NCBI GenBank assembly: GCA_963719805.1
Contig: CAVRDF010000004.1
Coordinates: forward strand, 150,716 to 214,715
Direction of reading: 5' to 3'
Length of the DNA stretch: 64,000 bases
Origin: an uncultured Alphaproteobacteria bacterium
Lineage (GTDB): Bacteria; Pseudomonadota; Alphaproteobacteria; Acetobacterales; Acetobacteraceae
The notes beneath the pieces are model-generated. The model did not search any database, was not told where the DNA came from, and saw nothing but the letters and a program-made list of their open reading frames with translations. Positions 1 through 10,149 of the stretch are shown here, piece by piece. The stretch's first letter is position 1. Each line of letters begins with the position of its first letter. The position numbers and the translations under genes are program-made.

Positions 1-356
1 TCAAGAAAAATGCCATCATGATGATTGACTTTGCGCTGGACGCTGAGCGGACGCGCAACCTGTCGCCACGCGATGCAATCTTCGAGGCCTCGCTGCTGCG
101 TTTTCGGCCGATTATGATGACCACCAGTGCTGCCATGCTTGGAGCGTTGCCGCTGGCGCTGAGCTTCGGCAACGGCGGAGAAATCCGCCGCCCGCTAGGT
201 ATCGCCATTGTGGGTGGACTGATGCTGAGTCAGGTACTCACACTGTATACGACGCCAATCCTTTATTTATATCTGGACCGCTACCGCCTCGCGATGCGTC
301 GCCGCTGGCGCCGCGCGTTCCCACGTATCGCTGGCGTTTCCGAGGCTGCCGAATGA
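1..356 (+). CDS. RND efflux pump inner-membrane permease, C-terminal fragment (gene begins upstream of window)
   Basis: The ORF runs off the 5' edge. Its tail ...[23 protein letters not shown]...[22 protein letters not shown] matches the conserved last TM helices of AcrB/MdtC-type pumps. Its stop overlaps the next start (ATGA at 353-356). Confidence 0.9.
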   Translation, partial: KKNAIMMIDFALDAERTRNLSPRDAIFEASLLRFRPIMMTTSAAMLGALPLALSFGNGGEIRRPLGIAIVGGLMLSQVLTLYTTPILYLYLDRYRLAMRRRWRRAFPRIAGVSEAAE

Positions 357-1852
357 TGCGCGGTATTGCCGGTGCGGCGCTGTTCGGCGCGCTCGCACTG
401 ACCGCCTGCACCGTCGGACCCGATTACGAGAAGCCCGATGCGCCGCTGTCGGTGGAATACAAGGAACTGCAAGGCTGGACCGTTGCGCAGCCACAGGACA
501 CCGCGGAACGCGGTGAGTGGTGGTCGATCTACCACGACCCGGTTCTCGACATGCTGGAACGGCAGGTCGAAGTGTCGAACCAGACCGTCAAGCAGTTCGA
601 GGCGCAGTACCGCAACGCCGTCGCATTGGTGCAGCAGGCCCAGGCAGGACTGTTTCCGACTGGGGGTCTTAATGCCGGCGTCACCCACAGTTCCGGGTTC
701 AGTGGCAGTACTCACGGCGGTTCATCATCCACCGTCTTCACCTCGTCCGGCTCCACGAGCAGCAGTGGTAGCGGACCTCGCACGCAGTACAGCCTTGAAG
801 GCACGATCGACTGGGACCTGGACGTCTGGGGCCGCGTGCGCCGTCAGATCGAGAGCCAGGTGGCGGGAGCCCAGGTGAATGCCGCAGATCTGGCCAATGC
901 GAAGCTCGTGGCGCAGGCAACCTTGGCCACTGACTATTTCGATTTGCGCGCGGAGGACTCGCTGGCCGCGCTTTTGCGTCAAACCGTGGATAATTTCCAG
1001 CGCTCGCTACAGATCGTGCAAAATCAGCATAACGCGGGCACCGTATCAGCCGCCGACGTTGTGACCGCGCAGGCGCAGCTGGAAGGTGCACGTGCGCAGC
1101 TTGTCGGTGTTGGAGTACAGCGTGCGCAGTTTGAGCACGCGATTGCCGTGCTGACGGGTCATCCGCCGGCCGAGCTGACCATTCCGCCCGCACCGCTAAC
1201 GCCGCATGCCCCAGTGATGCCGCCGGGGCTTCCCTCGACTCTCTTGCAGCGGCGTCCCGACATCGCCGCCGCCGAACGGCAGATGCAGCAGCAGAATGCG
1301 CTGATCGGTGTGCAGGTGGCGGCGTTCTATCCGGACATCACCTTGTCCACGCTGGGCGGCTTCATCGGTAGCCCGCTGTCGCAACTGTTCACCGTGACCA
1401 ATCGCGTCTGGTCGCTTGGCGCCGCAGCCAGCCAGACGTTGTTCGCCGGCGGTGCGCGCACGGCGGCCGTTGCCGCGGCACGAGCCACCTATGATCAGAG
1501 CGTGGCAAACTACCGCCAGGTGGTGCTGACGGCATTGCAGCAGGTCGAAGACGACTTGTCGTCGCTACGCATCCTGGAGCAACAGGAGCACGCGGAGTTG
1601 GTCGCGGTGGCCGCGGCGCAACGGGCGGTGGACGTCACGTTAAATCAATATCGTGCCGGCACCGTTGTGTATACCACCGTCATCACCGAGCAGAACACGC
1701 TGCTGGGTGACCAGCAGTCGGCGCTGGCGGTACAACAAAGCCGTCTGGTTGCCTCCGTGGCGTTGGTCGCGGCGCTCGGTGGAGGCTGGAATGCCGGTGA
1801 ATTGCCATCGCGCAAGGACCTGCCGAACGCACTGGATGTGCTGAAACCATAG
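353..1852 (+). CDS. RND efflux outer-membrane lipoprotein, NodT/OprM family
   Basis: Lipoprotein signal with lipobox L-T-A-C ([19 protein letters not shown]). The 499-aa sequence has two OEP-type repeats (...[13 protein letters not shown]...). It is translationally coupled to the RND gene. Confidence 0.9.
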   Translation: MMRGIAGAALFGALALTACTVGPDYEKPDAPLSVEYKELQGWTVAQPQDTAERGEWWSIYHDPVLDMLERQVEVSNQTVKQFEAQYRNAVALVQQAQAGLFPTGGLNAGVTHSSGFSGSTHGGSSSTVFTSSGSTSSSGSGPRTQYSLEGTIDWDLDVWGRVRRQIESQVAGAQVNAADLANAKLVAQATLATDYFDLRAEDSLAALLRQTVDNFQRSLQIVQNQHNAGTVSAADVVTAQAQLEGARAQLVGVGVQRAQFEHAIAVLTGHPPAELTIPPAPLTPHAPVMPPGLPSTLLQRRPDIAAAERQMQQQNALIGVQVAAFYPDITLSTLGGFIGSPLSQLFTVTNRVWSLGAAASQTLFAGGARTAAVAAARATYDQSVANYRQVVLTALQQVEDDLSSLRILEQQEHAELVAVAAAQRAVDVTLNQYRAGTVVYTTVITEQNTLLGDQQSALAVQQSRLVASVALVAALGGGWNAGELPSRKDLPNALDVLKP

Positions 1853-1860
1853 TATGATTC

Positions 1861-1878
1861 GGCCGGCCATCGCCGGCC
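1861..1878. terminator. GC hairpin between convergent genes (candidate bidirectional terminator)
   Basis: GGCCGGC-catc-GCCGGCC forms a perfect 7-bp stem in the 39-bp gap between the NodT stop and the GGT stop. There is no clear U-tract. Confidence 0.4.
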
Positions 1879-1891
1879 ATGATGGAGCCGC

Positions 1892-3568
1892 TTAGATCCT
1901 GGCGGTGGCTTCCGGTCTGAAGCGTACACCTGGCCGCGCATAGCCGCCGCCGATGCCAATGGGCGTGCCGTCCGCGCGCCAACAGGCGGCGCCGGTCATC
2001 GTGCCATCTGTTTCGAACTGAATGGCGCTCATTCCGCCACCGACATTGCCGACCGGTGCCACGTCGTGCCCCCGATCCTTTAACTCTGCCAGTATGTCCG
2101 TTGGCACCGAGTTCTCGACCTCCAGGGCGTAGCCCTGCGTCCACAGCCGCGGCGCTTCCACCGCTTGCTGCACGCTCATCTTGTGGTCGATGAGGTTCGA
2201 CAGCGCCTGCATGACCGATGGGAAGATGCGCAAACCGCCCGGCAGCCCGAGCGCGAAACGCGGCTTGCCGTCGCGCAGCACAATGACCGGCGACATCGAG
2301 GAGGTGATGCGTTTACCGGGAGCCACGGAACTTGCGCGGCCGGGGAGCGGCGTAAATACAAACATATAGTTGTTGGGAATCATCCCGGTGCCTGGGACGA
2401 TGTATCGCGCACCGAACAGCGAATTTATCGTCTGCGTGGTGGCGACGATGTTGCCCATGCCGTCGGCGACGGTGAGGTGTGTGGTATGCGCGCCTTCGCC
2501 TGGCGCTACGTCGGCGCTCCATGCCTGGGCGCGCTCCAGCCTGATGCGCTCGCGCCGCTGCGTCGCGTAGGTCTTCGACAGCAGCTTTTCCACCGGCACC
2601 TTGACGAACGCCGGATCCGCCGTGGCAGCGGCCCGGTCGGCGAAGGCGATCTTCATCACCTCGGCCAGCAGGTGCAGCGCGTCCGTGGAACCGAAACCCA
2701 GCGCGCCGATGTCGTAGCCTTCCAGGATGTTCAGCATCTGGATGATGTGCAGTGGCCCCGACGAAGGCGGCGGCGGGCCGACGATGTCGAAACCGCGATA
2801 CGTGCCACGAAGTGCGTCGCGATCGATCGTGCGATAGCCGGCCAGGTCGTCGCGCGCGATGTAGCCGCCCGACTTTGCCATGTGGTCGGTGTAAATACGG
2901 CCGAGTGCGCCGGTGTAGAGTAGGTCGGGTCCTTCGCGGGCGATGCTGCGCAGTGTCTCCGCGTAATCGCCGGTGACGAGGCGGGTGCCAGGCTGGATCG
3001 GCGAGCCATCCGGCAGGTAGATGCGCGCGATTTCCGCATCCAGGGCCATGTCGGCGGCACAATCGGCGATGCATTCGGTCAGGTAGCGGGTCGTACGGAA
3101 GCCGCGCGAGGCGTGGCGGATCGCCGGCTCCATCACATCGGCCAGCGGGAAGGTGCCGTACCGCGCCAGCGCTTCGCTCCAGCCTTTCAGGTTGCCTGGC
3201 GATGCCACCGCGGTCGGACCTACCGAGTTCTTCCGTCCGATCGTGTCCATCGTCCCGGGCGCGGCCTTCGGATCGGGCGTGTAGGTGGTAGGCCCGGTGG
3301 CGAGCGGCGCCATGCTCTGATTGTCGATGACGATGTGGCGGCCATCAGCCAGCCGGATATGCGCCATGCCGCCGCCCAAGATGCCCACCATCATAGGCTC
3401 GACCACGGTCAGCGTGAACAGCGACGCTATGGCGGCGTCGATTGCGTTGCCGCCAGCCGCCAGCATTTCCGCCCCGGCCGCGGAAGCGAGCGGGTGGTTG
3501 GTCACGACCATACCGCGCGTTCCCGTGGCCGGCTGTTTCTCGCAACGGAAATCGGTGGTCCGAGGCAT
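1892..3568 (-). CDS. ggt: gamma-glutamyltransferase family protein (no signal peptide)
   Basis: Contains TRGMVVTNHPLASAAGAEMLAAGGNAIDAAIA and the Thr-nucleophile region GAHTTHLTVADGMGNIVATTQTINSLFG. I placed the start at the ATG at 3568 because AAGGA lies 7 nt upstream. The in-frame ATG at 3583 is the alternative. Confidence 0.9.
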   Translation of the reverse strand: MPRTTDFRCEKQPATGTRGMVVTNHPLASAAGAEMLAAGGNAIDAAIASLFTLTVVEPMMVGILGGGMAHIRLADGRHIVIDNQSMAPLATGPTTYTPDPKAAPGTMDTIGRKNSVGPTAVASPGNLKGWSEALARYGTFPLADVMEPAIRHASRGFRTTRYLTECIADCAADMALDAEIARIYLPDGSPIQPGTRLVTGDYAETLRSIAREGPDLLYTGALGRIYTDHMAKSGGYIARDDLAGYRTIDRDALRGTYRGFDIVGPPPPSSGPLHIIQMLNILEGYDIGALGFGSTDALHLLAEVMKIAFADRAAATADPAFVKVPVEKLLSKTYATQRRERIRLERAQAWSADVAPGEGAHTTHLTVADGMGNIVATTQTINSLFGARYIVPGTGMIPNNYMFVFTPLPGRASSVAPGKRITSSMSPVIVLRDGKPRFALGLPGGLRIFPSVMQALSNLIDHKMSVQQAVEAPRLWTQGYALEVENSVPTDILAELKDRGHDVAPVGNVGGGMSAIQFETDGTMTGAACWRADGTPIGIGGGYARPGVRFRPEATARI

Positions 3569-3645
3569 CGCAGGTCCTTTCATGCCATCATCCGTTGGTC
3601 AGCATGCGCTGCCCCATCCGGCGCGGCAAATTCGGAGCACCTCGC

Positions 3646-3888
3646 GTGGATCCCTACACGTTCGCCGGACTTATCGGTGTCGGCCTCATCGTCGCTACGT
3701 ATTTCGCCAGCCAGCAGGGCTGGCTGAGTGCGACCAACTGGCGCTTTCCAGCGGCGAACCTCATGGGTTCACTGTTGATCCTGACGTCACTCTATACGCA
3801 GTGGAACTTTCCCTCGGTAGTGATCGAGGTGATCTGGTCAGCGATCAGCCTGTACGGCCTGTATCGTCACCGGCCGCGCCACGCGTGA
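3646..3888 (+). CDS. small three-TM membrane protein (CBU_0592-like), function unknown
   Basis: The 80-aa product VDPYTFAGLIGVGLIVATYF...LLILTSLYTQWNFPSVVIEVIWSAISLYGLY has three hydrophobic helices. A GTG start follows GGAG 8 nt upstream. An in-frame ATG at 3604 is the alternative start. Confidence 0.55.
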   Translation: MDPYTFAGLIGVGLIVATYFASQQGWLSATNWRFPAANLMGSLLILTSLYTQWNFPSVVIEVIWSAISLYGLYRHRPRHA

Positions 3889-3897
3889 CCGGCCGGC

Positions 3898-4137
3898 CTA
3901 GACTGCCTCGGCGGCAAACCGGCGAGGGGCCGAGCAGCACGCGCAACCACCGGCATGCGAGCGGAACGGCGTGGCGGCGCTCGGTGCCTCGGCGCCGCCG
4001 CCGATCGCCGGCAAGGTGAGGGCGCGCAGCGCTGAGTCGCCGCACGAGGGACAGGCCTGAGGGCGGTCGAATTCCGCCATGGGGTGGTTCTCACGGAATG
4101 GACCGCAGCGCCCGCAGTCATAGTCGTACGTCGGCAT
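3898..4137 (-). CDS. FmdB-family zinc-ribbon protein
   Basis: MPTYDYDCGRCGPF...CPSCGD has the two CxxC pairs typical of FmdB/CxxC_CxxC_SSSS regulators. It lies 18 nt downstream of the flippase gene on the same strand. Confidence 0.8.
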   Translation of the reverse strand: MPTYDYDCGRCGPFRENHPMAEFDRPQACPSCGDSALRALTLPAIGGGAEAPSAATPFRSHAGGCACCSAPRRFAAEAV

Positions 4138-4155
4138 CCACGCCTCGCCATTAGG

Positions 4156-5583
4156 TCACCGTGCCAGTTTTGCCACTGATTGGCGGCGCCGGTCCATACC
4201 GGCCGAAACGGCCATAGGCATGCAGATCGCAGCCACAATTGCCAGTCGGAGTACCACGAGCCGCAGCGGCGATCCCGGTTCCCCGATCATTCGCGGCATC
4301 AGAAATGCAGCGAACGTGGCCAGTAGCGCGGCGGCCGCCATTGGCATACCTGCCCGCAGTGGCCGAAACAGCGGCATGGCAAGCACGCGCGCATTGGCGT
4401 GCAGAATGTATGGACTGATGAACAACTGCGCTCCCAGCCACACCAAGACTGCCTGAACCGGCGTCGCCGGCCGCAGCGTCAGAACACCGACGACGGTCGC
4501 CGCCACGCCGGCGATATTGGCGATCAGCGTGTACCGCGGCTCGCCGCGCGCCACGACAGCGACGCCGGCGGGAAACGCCAGGAACAGCCATGCCGCCAGT
4601 CCAATCAGCGGCAGTGCGGCCAGGCCGGCCGGCTGCCATACCGGTCCAAGGAGTAGTTGCACCACAGGCTGGATTGACACCGCCATCGCCGCGCAGAGTG
4701 GAAACGCCAGCAGGCTCGACCATCCCAGGCAACGATCGACCTCGGCGTGCATGGCCGGCATATCGGTCTGCCGTTCCGACAACAGCGGCAGCATCAGCCG
4801 CCACTGCGCGGTGAACGCCAATTCGCGCACCGCGTCGATCAGGCGGAATGCCATGTGGACCTGACCGAGCGCCGCCGCTCCGGCCGTTCCACCCATCAGC
4901 AGCGCGAACAACCGGTAGCGGGCGTGGTAGACCAGCGTACTGGCGGTCAGCGGCAAGCCGATACGCAGCAGTTCGCGCAGCCTCATCCACCGGATCGTGC
5001 GACCTGGTGGCCACGGACAGCGCAGCAGGAGTGCCAGAGCTCCGCCAGCGGAGATCACGAACTGCTGCAGCACCAGCGCCCAGGCACCGGCTCCGGTCAG
5101 TGCGCTGACGATGCCCACGAGTGTCCCAGCGCCCTGGCCGATGATGGTGCGAAATGCCAGCGCCCGGTAGCCGCGCTCGCGCGTCAGCAACCCTTGCACC
5201 GGGCCTGCCGCGCCAACCAGCGGCAGCGGCAGCGCAAGCAACAGCGACATCGCCACTATGCGCTGGTCCGCCATCGCCCAGCGAAGCGGGTGGCCAGATG
5301 CTGCCTGCAATATGGCTGCGCCGCAGCCTACCGCGATCGATGCAACGAATGCGCTGGACAAAGTATCCTCTTCCAGCACGCCACGCTGCACGACGGCGTC
5401 GGCGAACAGGGCATTCACCGCGACCGAAAGCAGCACGTGCAACGCTACCACGGCGGCGCCGATACCGACCTCCGCAGGCCCGAGCAGACGCGCCACGATG
5501 AAGGCGGAGGCGAACGACAGTATTGCTGAGAGGGTTGCTTCGAGGCCGGACCAGAACACGTTCGAGGCGTGCGAGCGCTTCAT
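4156..5583 (-). CDS. polysaccharide flippase, Wzx-like (MOP/PST superfamily)
   Basis: 475-aa polytopic protein starting MKRSHASNVFWSGLEATLSAILSFASAFIVARLLGPAEVG, the typical N-terminus of PST-family exporters. Its ATG at 5583 overlaps the stop of the upstream gene (ATGA). The longer 558-aa ORF extension is not protein-like. Confidence 0.8.
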   Translation of the reverse strand: MKRSHASNVFWSGLEATLSAILSFASAFIVARLLGPAEVGIGAAVVALHVLLSVAVNALFADAVVQRGVLEEDTLSSAFVASIAVGCGAAILQAASGHPLRWAMADQRIVAMSLLLALPLPLVGAAGPVQGLLTRERGYRALAFRTIIGQGAGTLVGIVSALTGAGAWALVLQQFVISAGGALALLLRCPWPPGRTIRWMRLRELLRIGLPLTASTLVYHARYRLFALLMGGTAGAAALGQVHMAFRLIDAVRELAFTAQWRLMLPLLSERQTDMPAMHAEVDRCLGWSSLLAFPLCAAMAVSIQPVVQLLLGPVWQPAGLAALPLIGLAAWLFLAFPAGVAVVARGEPRYTLIANIAGVAATVVGVLTLRPATPVQAVLVWLGAQLFISPYILHANARVLAMPLFRPLRAGMPMAAAALLATFAAFLMPRMIGEPGSPLRLVVLRLAIVAAICMPMAVSAGMDRRRQSVAKLAR

Positions 5584-6881
5584 CGCGTAATATAGCGTCG
5601 ATGTAGTGAGGCGATGCCAAGCAGCGTTACCAGTATCGGCAGCCACATCACGCGGCTCTGGTAGCGGTCGTGCGGCATCGATAACCCGCCGGTGATCGCG
5701 GCGTTTGCCACGACTGCCAACAGCACAATGGCGGCGAAGCCGGCAACCGCATGGTTGCGCCGTTTCATCAGCAGCAGAATGCATCCCGCCACGCCGGTTA
5801 CCACCATCACGGTATGCGCCGCTTGCAGCCACGCGGGCACATGAAGCTCTCCGCGCGTCTGTCGCGCCTGCGCGTAGGCCGCAAACTCATGTGATGGGAA
5901 ATCGCGCTGCAGCCAGGGTGCGACTGTAGCAGGCCATGCTTGCAGTCCATCGCCGCTGGCGAACTGTCCAAGCTGGTGCGTGGCATTGTCGAGTGCCGCA
6001 CGAAGCTCGGTGCCGGGTTCGGCGCGCAGAGCGGCGAGAATGATCGCGTCTGCTTCCGCCGATACCAACTTCGCACCGCCGGCCTGCACAACAGGTCCAT
6101 CTTGCGGCCAGAGAAAATCGTCGGCGGTCAGCGGTAACTGCTCCACGAAGGCGCAGAGCCGCCAGCCGGCAGCCGGGCAGTCGCGCCGCAACACGTCCGC
6201 CCCTGGTCCATCGGATATCACTCGCGCGAGCAGGAAAACGTTGCCGTATGGAGACAGCGACGCACGGCCGAAGGCAATCATATTGACCGCGACGAGTGCG
6301 ACAGCCGCCATGCCCAGCGGCAAAACGATGCGCCGCCAGCCACGATGCAGCGGCAGCAGCACGCACAGCAGCGTCAAGGCCAGCAGCAGGTGTGACTGAT
6401 GCGCCGCAATCATGAATGTCGCGAACATAGTCAGCCAAATGCGCTCGCGCCGCGACAGCCGCGCCGGCACCAGCGCCAGCATCGCCAGTGTGAGCACCAG
6501 CAGGCCGGTAAGGAAATCCGGCATGATCTGGGCAACAAACCAGGGCAGCGAGGTAAATGCCGCCAGCATCGCGACCAGTGGCAGCAGCCACCACACGGAC
6601 AGTTCCGGCAACAGCGTGCGACGCGCCAGATGCAGCGTGTGCGCTGTCAGAACGGCCTGTGCGGCGACAATTGGCCATGTCGTCAAGGTCAGATGCAGCG
6701 GCAGGAGGAACAGGCTGTAGAAGATCGGCCGATCCCAGCCGACGTAATGCTCGATCCCCTGCGAGAGGTAGGTGCCGGTGTCGGAGAAGACGAGGGGGTA
6801 CCCATTCCAGAATGCCGGCCACAGCAGCAAAGCGGCTGCCAGGACGATTGCAGCGCTGCTCCGTTCAGCCACCGTAACCAT
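5580..6881 (-). CDS. polytopic membrane protein of unknown family (candidate Wzy-type polymerase or GT-C-like enzyme)
   Basis: The 433-aa product starts MVTVAERSSAAIVLAAALLLWPAFWNGYPLVFSDTGTY. It has about 9 N-terminal TM helices, a soluble segment of about 130 aa, and 2 C-terminal TM helices. It sits between galE and wzx, with a 17-nt overlap with galE. I recognised no motif. Confidence 0.55.
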   Translation of the reverse strand: MVTVAERSSAAIVLAAALLLWPAFWNGYPLVFSDTGTYLSQGIEHYVGWDRPIFYSLFLLPLHLTLTTWPIVAAQAVLTAHTLHLARRTLLPELSVWWLLPLVAMLAAFTSLPWFVAQIMPDFLTGLLVLTLAMLALVPARLSRRERIWLTMFATFMIAAHQSHLLLALTLLCVLLPLHRGWRRIVLPLGMAAVALVAVNMIAFGRASLSPYGNVFLLARVISDGPGADVLRRDCPAAGWRLCAFVEQLPLTADDFLWPQDGPVVQAGGAKLVSAEADAIILAALRAEPGTELRAALDNATHQLGQFASGDGLQAWPATVAPWLQRDFPSHEFAAYAQARQTRGELHVPAWLQAAHTVMVVTGVAGCILLLMKRRNHAVAGFAAIVLLAVVANAAITGGLSMPHDRYQSRVMWLPILVTLLGIASLHRRYITR

Positions 6882-7854
6882 GTGGATGTGCCTCGCGCCA
6901 TAGCAGCGCGGTCCGCACGATCTCATCGAGGCCGGTGATGCGCGGACGCCAGCCAAGTTCGCGGCGTGCGTGCTCGGATGCGGCCACCAGCACGGCGGGA
7001 TCGCCCGGCCGTCTTGGGCGGATGCGGTACGGCACCTTGCGTTCCGACACGCGCTCCACGGCTTCAACCACTTGCAACACGGATTGTCCGGTGCCGGTGC
7101 CCAGGTTGAGCACGACGCTGCCACGTTCCAACCGATCGATCGCGCGCAGATGCGCATCAGCAAGATCGGAAACGTGGATATAGTCACGGATGCAGGTGCC
7201 ATCCGGTGTCGCGTAATCGTTGCCGTAGATCTCCAGTTCGGGGCGGCGTCCCAGCGCCGCGTCGATCACCAGTGGTACAAGATGCGACTCCGGCCTATGG
7301 TCTTCGCCAAGCCGTCCGCCGGGATCCGCGCCAGCGGCATTGAAGTAGCGCAAGGAGGCACAACGCAGCCCATGCGCGCGTTCGGCCCAATACAATGTAC
7401 GCTCCAGAAGCCACTTGCTGTCGCCGTATGGCGATTCCGGATGGATCGCCGCATCTTCGGCTATCGGCACCTCGTGCGGTGTGCCGTACAGCGCACAGCT
7501 GGAGGACAGCACGAACCTGTTGATACCGTGCCGCACACAGCCCTCAATGACCCGCATGCCGTTCACGCTGTTGTCGATCAGATACAGGAACGGCAACCGG
7601 ACACTCTCGCCTACCTGTGTCAGTCCGGCGAAGTGAAACACGGCATCCCATGGCCCATCCGCCAGCACCGCGTCGAGCGTGTCCATATCGGCCAGGTCGG
7701 CTTCGATCAGTCGCGCGGCGGGCAATACCGCGGCGCGGTGGCCGGTACGCAGATTGTCCAGCACGACAACGGTTTCGCCACGCTCAAGCAGAGCCGCCAC
7801 AAGGTGGCTGCCGACATAACCGGCCCCGCCGGTGACCAGAAAGCGCCGCGCCAT
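6865..7854 (-). CDS. galE: UDP-glucose 4-epimerase
   Basis: MARRFLVTGGAGYVGSH Rossmann motif, catalytic YGDSK, and GalE-like sequence along the full 329 aa. The start is the ATG at 7854. Confidence 0.9.
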   Translation of the reverse strand: MARRFLVTGGAGYVGSHLVAALLERGETVVVLDNLRTGHRAAVLPAARLIEADLADMDTLDAVLADGPWDAVFHFAGLTQVGESVRLPFLYLIDNSVNGMRVIEGCVRHGINRFVLSSSCALYGTPHEVPIAEDAAIHPESPYGDSKWLLERTLYWAERAHGLRCASLRYFNAAGADPGGRLGEDHRPESHLVPLVIDAALGRRPELEIYGNDYATPDGTCIRDYIHVSDLADAHLRAIDRLERGSVVLNLGTGTGQSVLQVVEAVERVSERKVPYRIRPRRPGDPAVLVAASEHARRELGWRPRITGLDEIVRTALLWREAHPHGYGG

Positions 7855-7861
7855 CCCTGAC

Positions 7862-10087
7862 TTACTCCCGGAAGTAGCCGCCGTAGCGCGGATGATACAC
7901 GTCCGCATCGGCGTAACCCGAGCGCACATGGACGTTCACGTCCACCTGCGTCAAGACCGTGCCAACCACGTTGGCGTGCGCTTCCTCCAGCAGTTCGAGT
8001 GCATGCAGTGCGACGTGGCGCGAGGTGGCGCGCCAGCGTACGCAGAGCACCGTGGCGTCGGCGAGACCGGCTACAATACGTGCATCCGTGATCGCCTCGG
8101 CGGGCGGCGTGTCGAGCAGTACCAGGTTGTACTGATCGCGCAGCGTTTGCAGCAGCCGCGCCATATTGGCCGACATCAACAACCCAAGCGCATTCGCCTC
8201 GCTCGTGCCACTTGAGATCTGCGTCAGCCCCGTCGCTGTGTCCCTTCGGATCACCTGATTCAGCGACGCGCGCCCCTGCAGGTAATCGACCAGACCCACT
8301 TCAGATTGCACCGACCAGGGATGCCGCAGATCGCAATCCAGCGCCACCACGCGCTCACCGTTCATCGCTGCGAGCCGCCCCAGTGCCCGTGTCACGGTAG
8401 TCTTGCCTTCCTTCTCGCGCGCCGCTGTCACCGCGACGATGCGCGGCCGATCTGGGGCAAGTGACAGGCCAGCGCGCAGCGAGCGCAATTGCTCCGCCAA
8501 TGCCGAATGTGGTTTGCGTGCGGCATAATCCTCGATTTCGACCCCCTTCAATGCGCGACGCCGCATCCGAGGAATAAGCGCCAGGCACGGCATTCCCAGC
8601 ACGGTCCGTACATCGTCGCCGCTGTGGAAAGTCGCATCCGCCAGTTCGCGCACATAGACCAACAGCAGCCCAAGTAAGATCCCAAGCGACGAAGCGGCCG
8701 CCATCCATGCGCCGGTGCGCGGAAAGCTCGGTCGCCCGGGAACCAGTGCCAGCGAAATCTCATGCGCATCCGGCGCCTCGAGTATCGGCTGTTGAGCAGT
8801 CTGCTGGATCCGTTGCAGCACTGCTTGCAACAGCCCGCGCGAGGCATCCGCATTGCGGAGCATTTCGTTCAGCGGCACTTGCGCCACCGCGCCACGCGCG
8901 ATCTGATCCTGCTGCTCGCTGAGGTCTCGCTCCAGTCCATCGATCTGCTGGCGGTATACCCGAACGTCGGCTTCGATCGCTGCTACGACGTGCGCGATTT
9001 CTGTCGTGGTGGCACGATCGACCTCGGCGAGTTGTGCTCGCGCTGCCAACACCTCGGGATGCTTCGGGCCCAGTCTCCCCAACATCGACTGAAGGTCCGC
9101 CGACAACTGGTCGTGCCGCGCGCGAAGTTGTACCACCGACGGTGCGATAGTCGCTTGGGCCGTGGCACCCGCGCGACCAGTGGCTGCGTCCAGCTTGCCC
9201 TCGGCCTCCGCCAGTGAGCTTTGCGCGCGTGCCAGCGTCTCTGTAAGCAGGCTCACCTGTTCGTTGTCGAGCCGCGCATGCATCCCCTCGACCAAACCGT
9301 GGTCAGCGCGGTACTTTGCAATTGCGTCTTCCTGCCGCCGCACCTGGTCATGCAGCTCATTGCGCCGCTGCTCCAACAGATCGCGTGCGCGATTGATTGC
9401 GCCGTATTTCCTGCCGAGCTGCGACTTCACATAGTAGTCCATCGCGTTATTGACCGCCGCGGCAGCGATCACAGGATTCGTTGCCGTAAACGAAACTTCC
9501 AGCACGTGCGAGGACTTCACCGGAATCACTGCCAGTGCCGCACGCACTGCGTCGAGTGTCGCATCGACTGCTGGCTCGAGCTTTGGCCCCGGCAAATCCA
9601 CTGCCGTTGGCTCGGTGGGCACTGACCAAAACCGATCGAGCTCCCCCAGTGCGCGGTGCACCAATGACTTGGGCTGGAGCGAGGCATTGAACTCCGGATT
9701 GGCGTAAAGATGCAGTTCGCGCGCGACCTGCATCGCCACCGGCATGCTGTGCAGCACCTCGGCCTGCGTCGCCATCACCGAGTCTGTGATCGGATCGATC
9801 GGCAAGATGCTCTGCAGTTCCTGTAATTTGTAGTCGCTTGGGTCGTACAGGATTGTGCCGGTCGCGGTATAGCGCGGCGTCATTTGCGAGATCGCCAGTA
9901 CGGTCAGCAGGGGGCACAGCAGTATCGAAGCGAGGAGAAGCCACTTGCGCCGCCGTAGGATGGCGAGCACGGCGGCGCCATTCAGCGCGCTAGCTTCGCT
10001 TTGCTCCAAAGCAAGACGTTGTGCCGAGCGGTCGCGACGAGCGGTAGGGGTTGCGTCAGTCGAGCCTGCGGGTCGGTCGAGCATCAC
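7862..10087 (-). CDS. polysaccharide chain-length determinant / tyrosine autokinase (ExoP/Wzc/GumC type)
   Basis: The 741-aa product has an N-terminal Wzz-like TM segment, a long coiled-coil periplasmic region and a second TM. Its C-terminal P-loop domain carries AREKEGKT (Walker A variant). The tail is Tyr-rich: GYADADVYHPRYGGYFRE. Confidence 0.85.
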   Translation of the reverse strand: MMLDRPAGSTDATPTARRDRSAQRLALEQSEASALNGAAVLAILRRRKWLLLASILLCPLLTVLAISQMTPRYTATGTILYDPSDYKLQELQSILPIDPITDSVMATQAEVLHSMPVAMQVARELHLYANPEFNASLQPKSLVHRALGELDRFWSVPTEPTAVDLPGPKLEPAVDATLDAVRAALAVIPVKSSHVLEVSFTATNPVIAAAAVNNAMDYYVKSQLGRKYGAINRARDLLEQRRNELHDQVRRQEDAIAKYRADHGLVEGMHARLDNEQVSLLTETLARAQSSLAEAEGKLDAATGRAGATAQATIAPSVVQLRARHDQLSADLQSMLGRLGPKHPEVLAARAQLAEVDRATTTEIAHVVAAIEADVRVYRQQIDGLERDLSEQQDQIARGAVAQVPLNEMLRNADASRGLLQAVLQRIQQTAQQPILEAPDAHEISLALVPGRPSFPRTGAWMAAASSLGILLGLLLVYVRELADATFHSGDDVRTVLGMPCLALIPRMRRRALKGVEIEDYAARKPHSALAEQLRSLRAGLSLAPDRPRIVAVTAAREKEGKTTVTRALGRLAAMNGERVVALDCDLRHPWSVQSEVGLVDYLQGRASLNQVIRRDTATGLTQISSGTSEANALGLLMSANMARLLQTLRDQYNLVLLDTPPAEAITDARIVAGLADATVLCVRWRATSRHVALHALELLEEAHANVVGTVLTQVDVNVHVRSGYADADVYHPRYGGYFRE

Positions 10088-10149
10088 CTTTCCTGGCTCG
10101 GGGTGTCCCGATGCGAGATGATTACCGTCACGGCCTTAATCTTCGGCTA

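Noticed and set aside
1-1852. RND/NodT genes as the secretion partner of the RTX-like protease
   Set aside because: The NodT lipoprotein is translationally coupled to an RND permease, which is drug/metal efflux architecture. T1SS needs an ABC exporter and an MFP, and neither is present in the window.
4151-5620. 489-aa ORF in a second minus-strand frame, plus many 60-330-aa ORFs across 4200-7900
   Set aside because: They overlap the flippase, membrane-protein and galE genes in other frames. They are Arg/Ala/Gly/Pro-rich and lack the TM pattern or motifs seen in the chosen frames.
5584-5832. N-terminal extensions of ORF-track entries (also 6882-7202, 7855-7929, 12858-12947, 29927-29983, 31190-31264, 34974-35015)
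   Set aside because: The extensions are not homologous-looking and overlap upstream genes. Internal ATGs give canonical family N-termini, often with a Shine-Dalgarno sequence or an ATGA-type coupling.
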